64,000 bases of DNA, taken from contig CAXXYH010000004.1 of the NCBI GenBank assembly GCA_963677925.2, forward strand, positions 2,432,001 through 2,496,000, given 5' to 3'. A program made the position numbers and the translations under genes. The stretch is from Spirochaetia bacterium. Its GTDB lineage: Bacteria; Spirochaetota; Spirochaetia; UBA9216. Position 1 is the first letter of the stretch. Each line of letters opens with the position of its first letter. Shown piece after piece: positions 48,418 through 58,116 of the stretch. The notes under the pieces were generated by a model. It did not search any database and had not been told where the DNA came from. It saw only the letters and a program-made list of their open reading frames with translations.

Positions 48418-49632
48418 ATGAGAAAGCCGTCTTCTTTGTTTGAACGGGACAGAATAGAAGAACTTAAGATAATTACAAATTTTCAACCTCTCTATTCGGT
48501 AACGGAAAAGAAATATATAGGCGTTGAAGCTCTTTCCCGTGCCGATTACAGGGGTGATTTTCTGTCTGCAGGTCAGCTGTTTTCAATTCCATCAACCGAA
48601 AATGAGAAACTGTCCCTGAATATGAAATGCATTTATTCTGCAATAAACACTTTTAAAAAGCAGAAGTACTCTGAGGAGTACACAATGTTTCTTAACTTTG
48701 ATTCATCCATCCTGGACAGCGGTTTGATTGAGGAATCTCATTTTGTTAATGTTGATCGGATTGGTGTTAATCCGAACCAGATTGTTATTGAACTTATAGA
48801 ATCCAATGTTGCTGATTTCGATCTTCTGATTAAATTTGTAAACTTCTACCGTGAAAACGGTTTTTTGATTGCGCTCGATGATGTCGGTGCAGGGTATTCG
48901 GGTCTGGACAGAATCGTGAAGATTAAACCGGATATTATTAAAATTGACCGTTCTCTGGTTAATGGTGTTTCAAAGGAATATCATAAAAGGGAAGTCTGCA
49001 GAGCTCTGGTTGAGCTTACACATAATATCGGAGCGCTTTCTCTTTCTGAAGGAGTGGAAACTCTTGAGGATGCAATAGAATGTCAGCAGCTGGGAACTGA
49101 TCTAATACAGGGATATTTCTTTTCAAAGCCACTTTCTCGGCTTCCTTCCCCATATGAAAGCAGTGAACAGGGTGATCAGCTGGTTACCGCTTGGAGAACT
49201 AAGGTTGAGTTCAAACAGAAAATATTGACACATAATATAAAGAGCATAAAATCCAGAGCTTCTGAGATTACGGAAAGCCTGGAAAGTAAGGATCCGGCAG
49301 AAGCAGGCTGTATTTTACTGGCGTATCTTGATTGTTCATCTGATATTGAATGCATGTATATTCTGAATGAGAAGGGTATTCAGGTATCTGAAACTTTTAT
49401 TAACCCTGAAGTGAGCAGAAAAACACATTCCCTTTTTCAGCCGGCCAGGTTGGGGACGGACCATTCACTGAAGCACTATTTTCAGAAGCGGCTCAGGAAT
49501 CAGAAGCATTATATATCAGACCCTTACATATCCAGAGCAACAGGAAATTTCTGCAGAACTATATCATGCAGCTGGCATGATGGTTCAGCCGCAGAATATT
49601 ATCTGTGCCTCGATATTTCCCATTCTTATTAA
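48418..49632 (+). CDS. EAL-domain protein with C-terminal YkuI-like sensor domain
   Basis: FQPLY, VEALSR, IALDDVGAGYS, IKIDRS, EGVE, QGYFFSKP; C-terminal MYILNEKGIQVS...ISDPYISRATG. Confidence 0.88.
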   Translation: MRKPSSLFERDRIEELKIITNFQPLYSVTEKKYIGVEALSRADYRGDFLSAGQLFSIPSTENEKLSLNMKCIYSAINTFKKQKYSEEYTMFLNFDSSILDSGLIEESHFVNVDRIGVNPNQIVIELIESNVADFDLLIKFVNFYRENGFLIALDDVGAGYSGLDRIVKIKPDIIKIDRSLVNGVSKEYHKREVCRALVELTHNIGALSLSEGVETLEDAIECQQLGTDLIQGYFFSKPLSRLPSPYESSEQGDQLVTAWRTKVEFKQKILTHNIKSIKSRASEITESLESKDPAEAGCILLAYLDCSSDIECMYILNEKGIQVSETFINPEVSRKTHSLFQPARLGTDHSLKHYFQKRLRNQKHYISDPYISRATGNFCRTISCSWHDGSAAEYYLCLDISHSY

Positions 49633-49686
49633 TAATTCAGATATTTTACTCATAACCCGGGTGCGGGAGCTGCACTTTCAGCGGAG

Positions 49687-49833
49687 CTATAAGCTCTGCA
49701 TAAGAAAGAGCAGATCGTTATATTGTTTTTCAAGCATTAGCAAACGTTTGCTCTCCACGTTCTCTGAGAAGAAGATTTTAAGTCTTAAGTTTATTATGGC
49801 CTTTTTTAAGCAGGTTCTCTGTTCTATAGTCAT
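49687..49833 (-). CDS. Putative 48-aa small protein
   Basis: ATG..TAG open frame MTIEQRTCLKKAIINLRLKIFFSENVESKRLLMLEKQYNDLLFLMQSL with AGGA RBS; below the ORF-track cutoff. Confidence 0.45.
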   Translation of the reverse strand: MTIEQRTCLKKAIINLRLKIFFSENVESKRLLMLEKQYNDLLFLMQSL

Positions 49834-50025
49834 ATCATTTCCTGATGACTAATCAAGCCATCCAGAGAATATACATTCTTTTTATCAAAAATCTATAAAA
49901 ACAGTGTAAATTGGATGTAAATTCAGTAAAATCTGCTTTTAAACCTTTAAAAGCCTCCATTTATAACAGTATTTATCCGGGACAATCAGAATTGGATTAT
50001 GGAATATCATTTATTGACATCAGGA

Positions 50026-50054
50026 TTGACAGCAGAAAAAATGACACTTACCAT
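50026..50054 (+). promoter_or_regulatory. sigma70 promoter of abfD
   Basis: TTGACA-N17-TACCAT; predicted TSS ~50061. Confidence 0.7.
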
Positions 50055-50197
50055 CTGTCTATAACAGCACAACCCTTCCGTTTCTATTGAAACAGTGCTG
50101 TTGCCATGGATGAATAAGAGCAATTGGGAGATATGCAGTTGTATATCTCCCATACCTTTCAACCAGAATAAATTACCTTAAATACGGAGGAAATTAG

Positions 50198-51775
50198 ATG
50201 GGTATTGGAACATATGAACAGTACAAAGAACGACTTCTCAAGATGAAGCCAAATGTATATTTACATGGTGAGAAAGTAGACAGATCAGGCGATTGGATTG
50301 ACGGCGGAACATACGTTATGAAGCAGACTTATGACTGTGCTAACGATCCTGATTACGAAGATCTCTGTACTGCGACTTCACACCTTACAGGTGAAAAAAT
50401 CAGCCGATGGACTCACATTCACAGAACCCAGGACGACCTTTTCAAAAAGCAGCTCATGACCAGGGTTATGTGTCACAGAGTAGGCGGATGTACACAGAGA
50501 TGTATGGGGACAGATGCACTCAACGCTCTTGCTGTTGTAACATATGATATGGATCAGGCTTGCGGAACCAAGTACCACGAGAGATTCAACAAGTACCTTG
50601 AGTACTCACAGAAGAACGACCTTGTTGCTAACTGTGCTCAGACTGATGTTAAGGGATCAAGAAATCCAAAGTACAAGAGAGCTCATATGCAGCCGGATCC
50701 GGATCAGTTTGTACATGTTGTTGAGACAAATGTAGACGGTATCGGTCTTGACGGAAAGCCCTGTAAGGGTATGATCGTTCGCGGTGCAAAGATTTGTAAC
50801 TCAAACGCTCCTTACGTTGATGAGATTATTGTAACTCCCACAAAGTTTATGGGATCAGGTGATGAAGCATATGCCTGTGCATTTGCTCTTCCTGCAGACT
50901 GGCCCGGCGTTAAGCTGATGGCTCTTCCAGGAAAGCATCATAAGAGAAAGCATATCGAAGCTCCTTTTGCACTCGTAGGTGATGTTGAATCACTAACAAT
51001 CTTTGATGACACTTTCGTACCTGAAGACAGAATCTTCATGAACGGTCTTGATCAGCCGGATGTTCTTCAGTATGCAGGTTACCTTGCACTGATGTTTGCT
51101 CACTTCCACAGACATTCATACACAGGTTGTAAGACTGCTGTATCGGAAGTTATTGCAGCACAGGCGGCACTTGTAGCTGATGTTAACGATATTGCAAAAG
51201 AGCACCACGTAAGAGAGAAGATTTCTGACATCGTCGGTACTGCTGAGCTCGTTTTTGCAGCGGGTCAGGCTGCAGCCCTCAGAGCTGTTCAGTTTCCTAA
51301 CGGTTCATGGGTTCCGGATGAGGTTCTTACAAACGCAGGTAGAAAGCTTGCTGGTCAGAAGATCTACCACGAGTATGAAACACTTGCAGACCTTACAGGC
51401 GGTATTTCTGCATCACTTCCTACAGAAGAATCTTTCTACGATCCTGAAACTGCAGAACTCTGTAACAAGTACATCATGAGAAATCCTGCCTACACAGCAG
51501 AAGAGACTCACAGGGTTATGAGAATGATGGAAAACAAGCTTTGTGATGCATTCGAAGGCGCACAGGCTGTAGCCGGTGTTCACGGCGGCGGTTCACCACT
51601 TATGGAAACTATCGTTATGATGGCAAGATATGACCTTGAAGCTCTTAAAGATATTGCAAAATACCTTGCAGGTTTCGAAGGCTACGAAAAGTGTCCGAGA
51701 TACGAAAGAGCAACTGCTACACCAAGAGCTATGCTTGACAGATTCAGAAAAACTGAAATGGGAAAAAAGGCTTAA
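50198..51775 (+). CDS. abfD: 4-hydroxybutyryl-CoA dehydratase/vinylacetyl-CoA isomerase (HpaB/AbfD family)
   Basis: [4Fe-4S] ligand motifs GGCTQRCMGTDA and HRHSYTGCK, AQTDVKG, IVRGAK, HGGGSP. Confidence 0.8.
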   Translation: MGIGTYEQYKERLLKMKPNVYLHGEKVDRSGDWIDGGTYVMKQTYDCANDPDYEDLCTATSHLTGEKISRWTHIHRTQDDLFKKQLMTRVMCHRVGGCTQRCMGTDALNALAVVTYDMDQACGTKYHERFNKYLEYSQKNDLVANCAQTDVKGSRNPKYKRAHMQPDPDQFVHVVETNVDGIGLDGKPCKGMIVRGAKICNSNAPYVDEIIVTPTKFMGSGDEAYACAFALPADWPGVKLMALPGKHHKRKHIEAPFALVGDVESLTIFDDTFVPEDRIFMNGLDQPDVLQYAGYLALMFAHFHRHSYTGCKTAVSEVIAAQAALVADVNDIAKEHHVREKISDIVGTAELVFAAGQAAALRAVQFPNGSWVPDEVLTNAGRKLAGQKIYHEYETLADLTGGISASLPTEESFYDPETAELCNKYIMRNPAYTAEETHRVMRMMENKLCDAFEGAQAVAGVHGGGSPLMETIVMMARYDLEALKDIAKYLAGFEGYEKCPRYERATATPRAMLDRFRKTEMGKKA

Positions 51776-51815
51776 TTATAAAGACTTGTTCCTTTTTCAC
51801 AGAGATGTGAATATT

Positions 51816-51851
51816 AAAAAGATCTTCCGAGCAGGAAGATCTTTTTTTTTT
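51816..51851 (+). terminator. Rho-independent terminator after abfD
   Basis: AAAAAGATCTTCC-GAGCA-GGAAGATCTTTTTTTTT. Confidence 0.85.
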
Positions 51852-51896
51852 GAAATTATGAAGCAGAAATGATAAGCTTAAATATTAGAGGTATGT

Positions 51897-52790
51897 ATGA
51901 AAGACAGAGTTTTGATTCTTAAACTTGCTGCCCTTATAACAGCTGTTATTTTGATTGGAAGCTGCGGACTAGCCGTTGGTTCAGTATCACTGTATATAAC
52001 AGATTCGCCTGTTGAGGATGAAGATATTGAAAGTGTATTTATAACAGTGAATTCGATAGAATATCATATAGAAGAACCTGATGAGTGGATAGAAGTTACT
52101 GATTTTGAAGGCCCGGTTACCTATGATCTTTTATCACTTACAAACGGTGTAAGTGAAATGATGGGTGAATTTACATTTCCCTCAGGCCGGATAACTCAGC
52201 TCAGGTTTCATCTTGATGCGCCTGCTACCGGAGACAGTCCTCCTTCCAATCCCGGCTGTTATGTGAAACTTGCAGGAGACAGTGCTGAATATCCGTTGTT
52301 TGTACCAAGCGGAAGTACTTCCGGGTTCAAGGCTACCGGAGCCTTTGATGTTCCGCTGTATTCTTCTGTGACTGTTACCGCAGATTTTGATGTCAGAAAA
52401 TCGGTAAAGAATACCGGTGATACCGAAAACCCTCTATATAAACTGAGCCCCACTATCAGGCTTGTTGTTGATAATGAAGCAGGTAAAATAGAGGGCGACG
52501 TCACCTACGGCGGCAGCAGCAGTCTTGTTGTATTCAGTTATAAAGACGGTGAATATTCTTCTGACGAATTGAGTTCTGATCCGTTATTCAGTTCGGCAGT
52601 GAGCAGTGCTTCAGTATCTCCAGGAGCTGATGGTAGTGACTTTATTCTTGCGTATCTTTCTGCAGGAATATACGATCTTGTTTTTGCTGAATTTGATTCG
52701 GACGGGAATTTTATTGTTTCGAGTGTGAAAATTAAGGAAGATGTTACGGTCACAGAGGGAGAAACCTCTGAAGTTGGTTTTGGTTACTGA
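51897..52790 (+). CDS. DUF4382-like lipoprotein
   Basis: Lipobox LIGSC, LYITDSP, YDLLSL, VPSG, ADFDVRKS. Confidence 0.75.
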   Translation: MKDRVLILKLAALITAVILIGSCGLAVGSVSLYITDSPVEDEDIESVFITVNSIEYHIEEPDEWIEVTDFEGPVTYDLLSLTNGVSEMMGEFTFPSGRITQLRFHLDAPATGDSPPSNPGCYVKLAGDSAEYPLFVPSGSTSGFKATGAFDVPLYSSVTVTADFDVRKSVKNTGDTENPLYKLSPTIRLVVDNEAGKIEGDVTYGGSSSLVVFSYKDGEYSSDELSSDPLFSSAVSSASVSPGADGSDFILAYLSAGIYDLVFAEFDSDGNFIVSSVKIKEDVTVTEGETSEVGFGY

Positions 52791-52806
52791 GTAACTTCAG
52801 AGTATT

Positions 52807-53514
52807 TTATTCATCATATATTGAGACTATACCGTTAATGGTTTTTTTAAGGGATTCCTGAAAAGTGTTAACTGCGCCTTCGGAATCCTTTTCTTTTATA
52901 TTTTTCACCAGCTCAATGGTGTTTTTGTAAAGCTGCTCATTCCCATGCAGCGTAAAGTATTTCTCCCACAGCATTGTAGAGAGCTCCTTAAAGGAATAGA
53001 AAATAACCGGCAGCATTGTGTTGCCCGAAAGAATGCAGAGTTCCTGGTGGAATATGAATATAGTTTCGGCAGAGCTTTCAGGTGTCTTTGATTTTCCAAA
53101 ATTGTCTGCAAGCTTAGTCAATACCTCTATATCTGATTCTGATACAGCAGGCACCAGGAGTTCAAGTGCAAGTGTCTCAAAGACCAGTCTGATTTCAAGA
53201 AGTGACTTCATTTCAGTTTTTTTCAGATTGCCGCCGTTGTACCGCAGAATGGCCATCAGAGTTTCAACAGTTCCCCGCCTGTGGTAGTCAGCTACAAATG
53301 CTCCGATTCTCGGCTTTATTTCAACAAAGCCTATGCCTGCCAGTTCTGTAAGTCCTGAATTTACCACAGCACGGCTCACACCCATTTTTTCCGCCAGTTC
53401 TCTCTCAGGGGGAAGTCTGTCACCAATACTTAGTTTTCCTGAAATTATCATATTCTCAATTTCTCTTACGAAAAGATCCTTTAATGAGGGCGAGGACAGT
53501 CTTGAAAACTCCAT
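52807..53514 (-). CDS. FadR/GntR family transcriptional regulator
   Basis: GDRLPPERELAEKMGVSRAVV wHTH; FCD motifs LLEIRLVFE and FHQELCILSGN; ATG 53514 with AAGGAG RBS. Confidence 0.92.
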   Translation of the reverse strand: MEFSRLSSPSLKDLFVREIENMIISGKLSIGDRLPPERELAEKMGVSRAVVNSGLTELAGIGFVEIKPRIGAFVADYHRRGTVETLMAILRYNGGNLKKTEMKSLLEIRLVFETLALELLVPAVSESDIEVLTKLADNFGKSKTPESSAETIFIFHQELCILSGNTMLPVIFYSFKELSTMLWEKYFTLHGNEQLYKNTIELVKNIKEKDSEGAVNTFQESLKKTINGIVSIYDE

Positions 53515-53531
53515 AAAAAAGCTCCTTGTAC

Positions 53532-53549
53532 TGGTCATACCAAAGACCA
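53532..53549. promoter_or_regulatory. Probable FadR-type operator
   Basis: TGGT-CAT-ACCA palindrome plus an extra ACCA half-site, in the divergent region next to the regulator start. Confidence 0.55.
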
Positions 53550-53624
53550 AAAAATAATTATATTATGAAAGAATCAATAAATCAATATATTTAAACAAAA
53601 TAGAACGCAATAGATAAATATTTA

Positions 53625-53653
53625 TTGACAATACCAGAAAGTGGAATTAGACT
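53625..53653 (+). promoter_or_regulatory. sigma70 promoter of the Ni permease-hypB operon
   Basis: TTGACA-N17-TAGACT; overlapped by an imperfect inverted repeat TTGACA.TACCAG...CTGGA.CTGTCAA. Confidence 0.65.
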
Positions 53654-53679
53654 GGATCTGTCAAATAAGGAGTCGAAAA

Positions 53680-54354
53680 ATGAATATTACCTTCTCAATG
53701 CTGCTGGCTGCAGCATTCACAGCGGGAGTACTGCATACTCTGACAGGTCCCGATCATTACGTTCCGTTTATTGTTTTTTCAAGTTCAGGAAACTGGTCTC
53801 TTAAGAAAACGCTCGGCATGACCCTGATCTGCGGACTGGGGCACATCCTTTCAGCAGTCCTCGTTGCATATGGAGCACTGAAAATCAGTTCAATCATGCT
53901 AAGCCTTGAAACGATTGAAGCAATCCGGGGCGGTTTTGCAGCCTGGGCATTGACTGTCTTCGGGTTTACCTATGCGCTTTGGGGACTTAGAAAGATTATA
54001 TCAGGAAGAAAAGCTGTGAAGGAACATATTGAGAATGTCGGACAGAACAGCAGTCTCAGTAAACGAAAGAATGTAGTTAGCTGGACGCTTTTTCTAATCT
54101 TTGTCTTCGGGCCTTGTGAACCTCTAATTCCCTTCATCCTTTTTCCGGAATCTTCAGTATCAGGCAATCAGATTATTGCAGTAACTTCAGTTTTCGGTGC
54201 AGCAACCCTGCTAACAATGCTTACAGTAGTAACATTTGCAACAGCAGGTTTAAAAAGATTTCCGCTGCATAATTTTTTCAGCCGCTTCGGACATACCCTT
54301 GCCGGCAGTATTGTAGGCTGCTGCGGACTTGCTATGACCTTTCTTGGACTTTAG
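53680..54354 (+). CDS. Nickel/cobalt permease (UreH/SodT/NiCoT-like)
   Basis: HTLTGPDHY (H-x4-DH type Ni motif), CGLGH, GPCEP; ~6 TM; precedes hypB. Confidence 0.75.
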   Translation: MNITFSMLLAAAFTAGVLHTLTGPDHYVPFIVFSSSGNWSLKKTLGMTLICGLGHILSAVLVAYGALKISSIMLSLETIEAIRGGFAAWALTVFGFTYALWGLRKIISGRKAVKEHIENVGQNSSLSKRKNVVSWTLFLIFVFGPCEPLIPFILFPESSVSGNQIIAVTSVFGAATLLTMLTVVTFATAGLKRFPLHNFFSRFGHTLAGSIVGCCGLAMTFLGL

Positions 54355-54375
54355 TAAGGCTTAAGGAGTACGACA

Positions 54376-55047
54376 ATGGATAAATACAAGGTTATAGAAA
54401 TTAAAAAAAATGTTTTTGAAAGCAACGATAATGAGGCTGCAAAATTGAGAGCTGGACTGAGAAAAGACGGGGTTTTCCTTCTTAACCTGATGTCATCTCC
54501 CGGATCCGGAAAGACCACAACCGTAATGCAGACTATCGGCAAACTCAGGGACAGTCTGAACATCCGTGTTCTTGAAGCAGATCTTGATTCTGATGTTGAT
54601 GCTGCAACTGTTCACAATTCAGGGGTCAAGGTTCTTCAGCTTCATTCAGGCGGAATGTGTCATTTGAATGCAGATATGGTCAGACAGGGGCTGACCGAAC
54701 TGGGCACAGAGGATACAGACCTTATTATCCTGGAGAATATTGGAAATCTGATATGTACTGCAGAGTTTGATACAGGAGCCGCAAAAAACGCAATGATACT
54801 CAGTGTGCCGGAAGGTGATGACAAGCCGCTGAAATATCCATCGATGTTCAAAATGACTGATGTTCTTATAGTTAACAAGATTGATGCAATGGAGTTCTTT
54901 GATTTTAATCTTGAGCGGTTGGAAGGATATGTAAGGAAACTGAATCCGGATGTGAAGATATTTCCCGTATCCGCAAAGACGGGTGAAGGCATTGATGCCT
55001 GGACTCAGTGGCTAAAAAATGAAGTCGAACTTTGGAGGAAATCCTGA
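54376..55047 (+). CDS. hypB: Nickel incorporation GTPase HypB
   Basis: NLMSSPGSGKTT, GGMCHL, ENIGNLIC, SVPEGDDKPLKYP, NKID, VSAKTGEG. Confidence 0.95.
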   Translation: MDKYKVIEIKKNVFESNDNEAAKLRAGLRKDGVFLLNLMSSPGSGKTTTVMQTIGKLRDSLNIRVLEADLDSDVDAATVHNSGVKVLQLHSGGMCHLNADMVRQGLTELGTEDTDLIILENIGNLICTAEFDTGAAKNAMILSVPEGDDKPLKYPSMFKMTDVLIVNKIDAMEFFDFNLERLEGYVRKLNPDVKIFPVSAKTGEGIDAWTQWLKNEVELWRKS

Positions 55048-57736
55048 TGGACTACAGAGAAAAGATTCTCGATCTTGCAAATCATATAAACAGGACAAAG
55101 AAGGGCTCTTCAAGGGCAATTAAACCAGGTGATCCTGAATACATGATTCTGGAACCTGTTGTAACCGATGCAATGGCTGAGGCTGCTATGTGCCTTGAAT
55201 TGCGGAAACCTAAAAGTGCAGTCGAGGTTGCCTTGCTCTGCGGCAGGGATTCTGCTGATACTTCAGCACTGCTCTGGGAACTTGCAATGGCCGGCGTCTG
55301 TTTTGTAAATGAAATAGACGGCACCGACAAGTACTGGCTTGAAACCTGGATTCCGGGTGTCATGGAAATGATGACCAACAATAAAGAGAATGTCGCCAGA
55401 TTTCCGCAGATAGCCGAAGCTTTCGAGGCATACGGCCGGGTACGCGGACCTCAGTCTGCAGGAAATTTTCCGGTTGGTGTAGGTCTAATGCGGGTTATTC
55501 CAATTGAACGCTCTATAGAAGGCGAGACCCGCAAGGCCTCCTATGAGGAAGTTTCGAAATACCTGAATGAAAACGACCGCTTTTCTGTTTCCGACTGTGC
55601 CTGCCGTACAGCCCGTGAGGCAATGGGTGAAGGCTGCGGCCATCTGAAAGAAGACATGTGCATACAGATGGGACATGCGCGGAGTACTACATTCGAACCG
55701 GGCGCGGCCGTGAGATAGATCGTAACGAAGCCTTCGAAATCATCAAAAGGGCTGAAGATAATGGACTGATGCACCAGATACCCAATACCGACGGTTCAGG
55801 TAACACGCATGCAATATGCAACTGCTGCGGCTGTTCCTGTCTGTCTTTAAGAACAGCAGAGATGTTTATCAACAACGATATGGTCCGTTCAAATTATGTA
55901 TCTGATGTAGATATTGATAAATGTGTGGCCTGCGGAGAATGCGTTGAGGTTTGTCCGGTAAATGCTCTTCAGCTTGGTCATAAACTCTGTTCGGATACAC
56001 CCCAGAATATCCCGGTACGTGAAACCCCCGAGGTCACAGAATGGGGACCTGAAAAGTGGAATCCTGATTATCGAACAAACAGGCAGGTCGTTCTTGAATC
56101 AGGAACCAGTCCATGCAAGGCTGAATGTCCTGCACATATAGGTATTCAGGGTTATGTAAAACTTGCTTCACAGGGAAAGTATACAGAGGCATTAGAGCTT
56201 ATTAAAACCGAGAATCCCTTTCCCGCGATCTGCGGCCGTATCTGTCCGCGAAAATGCGAATCTGCATGTACCAGGGGCGATATAGATGACCCAATTGCGA
56301 TTGATGACATCAAGAAATTTATTGCCGAGAAAGACCTTCATGCAGAAACCAGATTTATTCCCAGGAAACGTCATGACTACGGTAAAAAAATTGCTGTAAT
56401 AGGCTCAGGCCCGGCAGGGCTTTCCTGTGCTTACTACCTTGCTGTAGACGGTTACAAAGTTACTGTTTTTGAAAAAAACAGCAGCCCCGGCGGAATGCTC
56501 ACAACGGGCATTCCTTCATTCAGGCTTGAAAAGGATGTCGTCAGTGCAGAAATTGACATTATCAAAGAACTCGGCGTAGAAATCCGCTGCGGAGTGGAGG
56601 TTGGAAAAGATGTTTCAATTGACGGACTTCGAAAAGACGGGTTTCAAGCCTTCTATCTTGCAATTGGTGCACAGTCGGGAAGAGCCCTTGGAATTGAAGG
56701 TGAGGATGCAGAAGGGGTCATTACAGGAGTTGATTTTCTGCTGAATGTAAGCTGCGGTGAACTGAATGATTTCACAGGGAGAACAGTAGTTATCGGCGGA
56801 GGCAACGTAGCAATTGATGTAGCCCGGACGGCTGTAAGATCCGGGGCTGATAAAACCGAAATGTTCTGCCTGGAAGGCAGGGAACAGATGCCGGCGCTTG
56901 AAGAAGAAGTTGATGAGGCGCTTTCTGAAGGAATTTATATTAACAACTCCTGGGGACCGAAAAGAATAATCACCGAAAAGGGAAAAGTGAAGGCTGTTGA
57001 GTTTCGAAAGTGCCTATCGGTATTTAATGCAGAGGGAAGGTTTTCACCGGTATACGATGAATCGGATACGCTTACTGTTGAAGCCGACAATGTTCTGATT
57101 TCTGTAGGACAGGCAATTGACTGGGGGAATCTGCTTGATGGTACCGGCGTAAAACTGAACCCCAACAACACCGTGATTGCCGATCCGGAAACATGGCAGA
57201 CCGGTGAGGCTGATATCTTTGCCGGAGGCGATGCTGTAACAGGACCAAAATTTGCCATTGACGCAATTGCTCTGGGCAAGGAGGGTGCTATATCCATCCA
57301 CCGCTACGTACAGCCGGGGCAGAGTCTTGTTTACGGACGAACTAAACGCAACTATAAACCGCTTGATAAGGAAAACCTCATCCTTGCCGGATTCGACAGA
57401 ATGCCGAGGCAGAGCACATCTCATGTGAGCGGAGATGATTCGAAAAAAACCTTCAGCGATCTTCGGGAAACCTTTACCGAAGAACAGGTCATCAAAGAAA
57501 CTGAACGCTGTCTTGGATGCGGAGCAGTGGTTGTTGATAAATTCATGTGCGTCGGCTGTGGAGCCTGTACCCTGAAGTGCCGTTTTGATGCAATAAAACT
57601 TGAAAGAAAATACGACGCTGAAGGCCTGGTACTTACCGATATAAGACCCGCTGTTATGAAGCAGATGGTGAAGCGGAAGCTGAAAATAGCGGTTAACAAA
57701 CCTATCAAGGCTGTCAAGTCAGCTCTGGGCGGGTAA
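55047..57736 (+). pseudogene. ~896-aa Fe-S/FAD pyridine nucleotide-disulfide oxidoreductase (Cys-rich N-domain, ferredoxin, GltD-like core, ferredoxin), split by an apparent 1-nt deletion at ~55678 (real lesion or sequencing error)
   Basis: Frame 1 reads ...CIQMGHA, frame 2 continues AEYYIRTGRGREI; DNA CAT GC GCG GAG lacks one base; CVACGECVEVCP, CGRICPRKCESAC, GSGPAG, GGGNVA, CVGCGACTLKC. Confidence 0.8.
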
Positions 57737-57740
57737 TGCT

Positions 57741-58082
57741 TTGCACGAACTTGGTGTTGTAATTGAAGTGATTAAAACGGTTGAAGAAGTAGCCGCGGAG
57801 AGCGGAGTAACCAGTATTGAGTCGCTTGTTCTTCAGATAGGAGAACTTTCCTCAATAGTTCCCCGTTATGTGCAGGACTGCTATCCTGCAGCCGCCGACG
57901 GAACACTTCTTGAAAATACAAGGCTTGAAATTGAGATCCTGCCCGGAAACGGGCTCTGCCGCGGCTGCGGTAAGGTATTCAACCTTGCAGCGGAGAAAAG
58001 TATTTGTCCATCCTGTTCGGCTTCGGATTTTGAAATCCTGGGCGGACGGGAATTTATGATCAAAGAAATTGTCGCCTGTTAG
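57741..58082 (+). CDS. hypA: Nickel metallochaperone HypA
   Basis: MHE N-terminus (TTG start), IGELS, CRGC and CPSC zinc site, GREF. Confidence 0.93.
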   Translation: MHELGVVIEVIKTVEEVAAESGVTSIESLVLQIGELSSIVPRYVQDCYPAAADGTLLENTRLEIEILPGNGLCRGCGKVFNLAAEKSICPSCSASDFEILGGREFMIKEIVAC

Positions 58083-58116
58083 GCCGGCATGAAAATCTAT
58101 TTATATGGAGTAATAG

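Noticed and set aside
49577-49852. 91-aa plus-strand ORF
   Set aside because: Overlaps the EAL gene end, has no RBS, and the minus-strand 48-aa ORF is a better candidate
49991-50012. TTGGATTATGGAATATCA upstream of abfD as a second FadR site
   Set aside because: Too weak a match to the TGGT-N3-ACCA palindrome to link abfD to the FadR regulon
55658-57736. Independent 692-aa gene as given in the ORF track
   Set aside because: Its GTG start lies inside the upstream frame without an RBS and splits a Cys motif; better explained as one frameshifted gene
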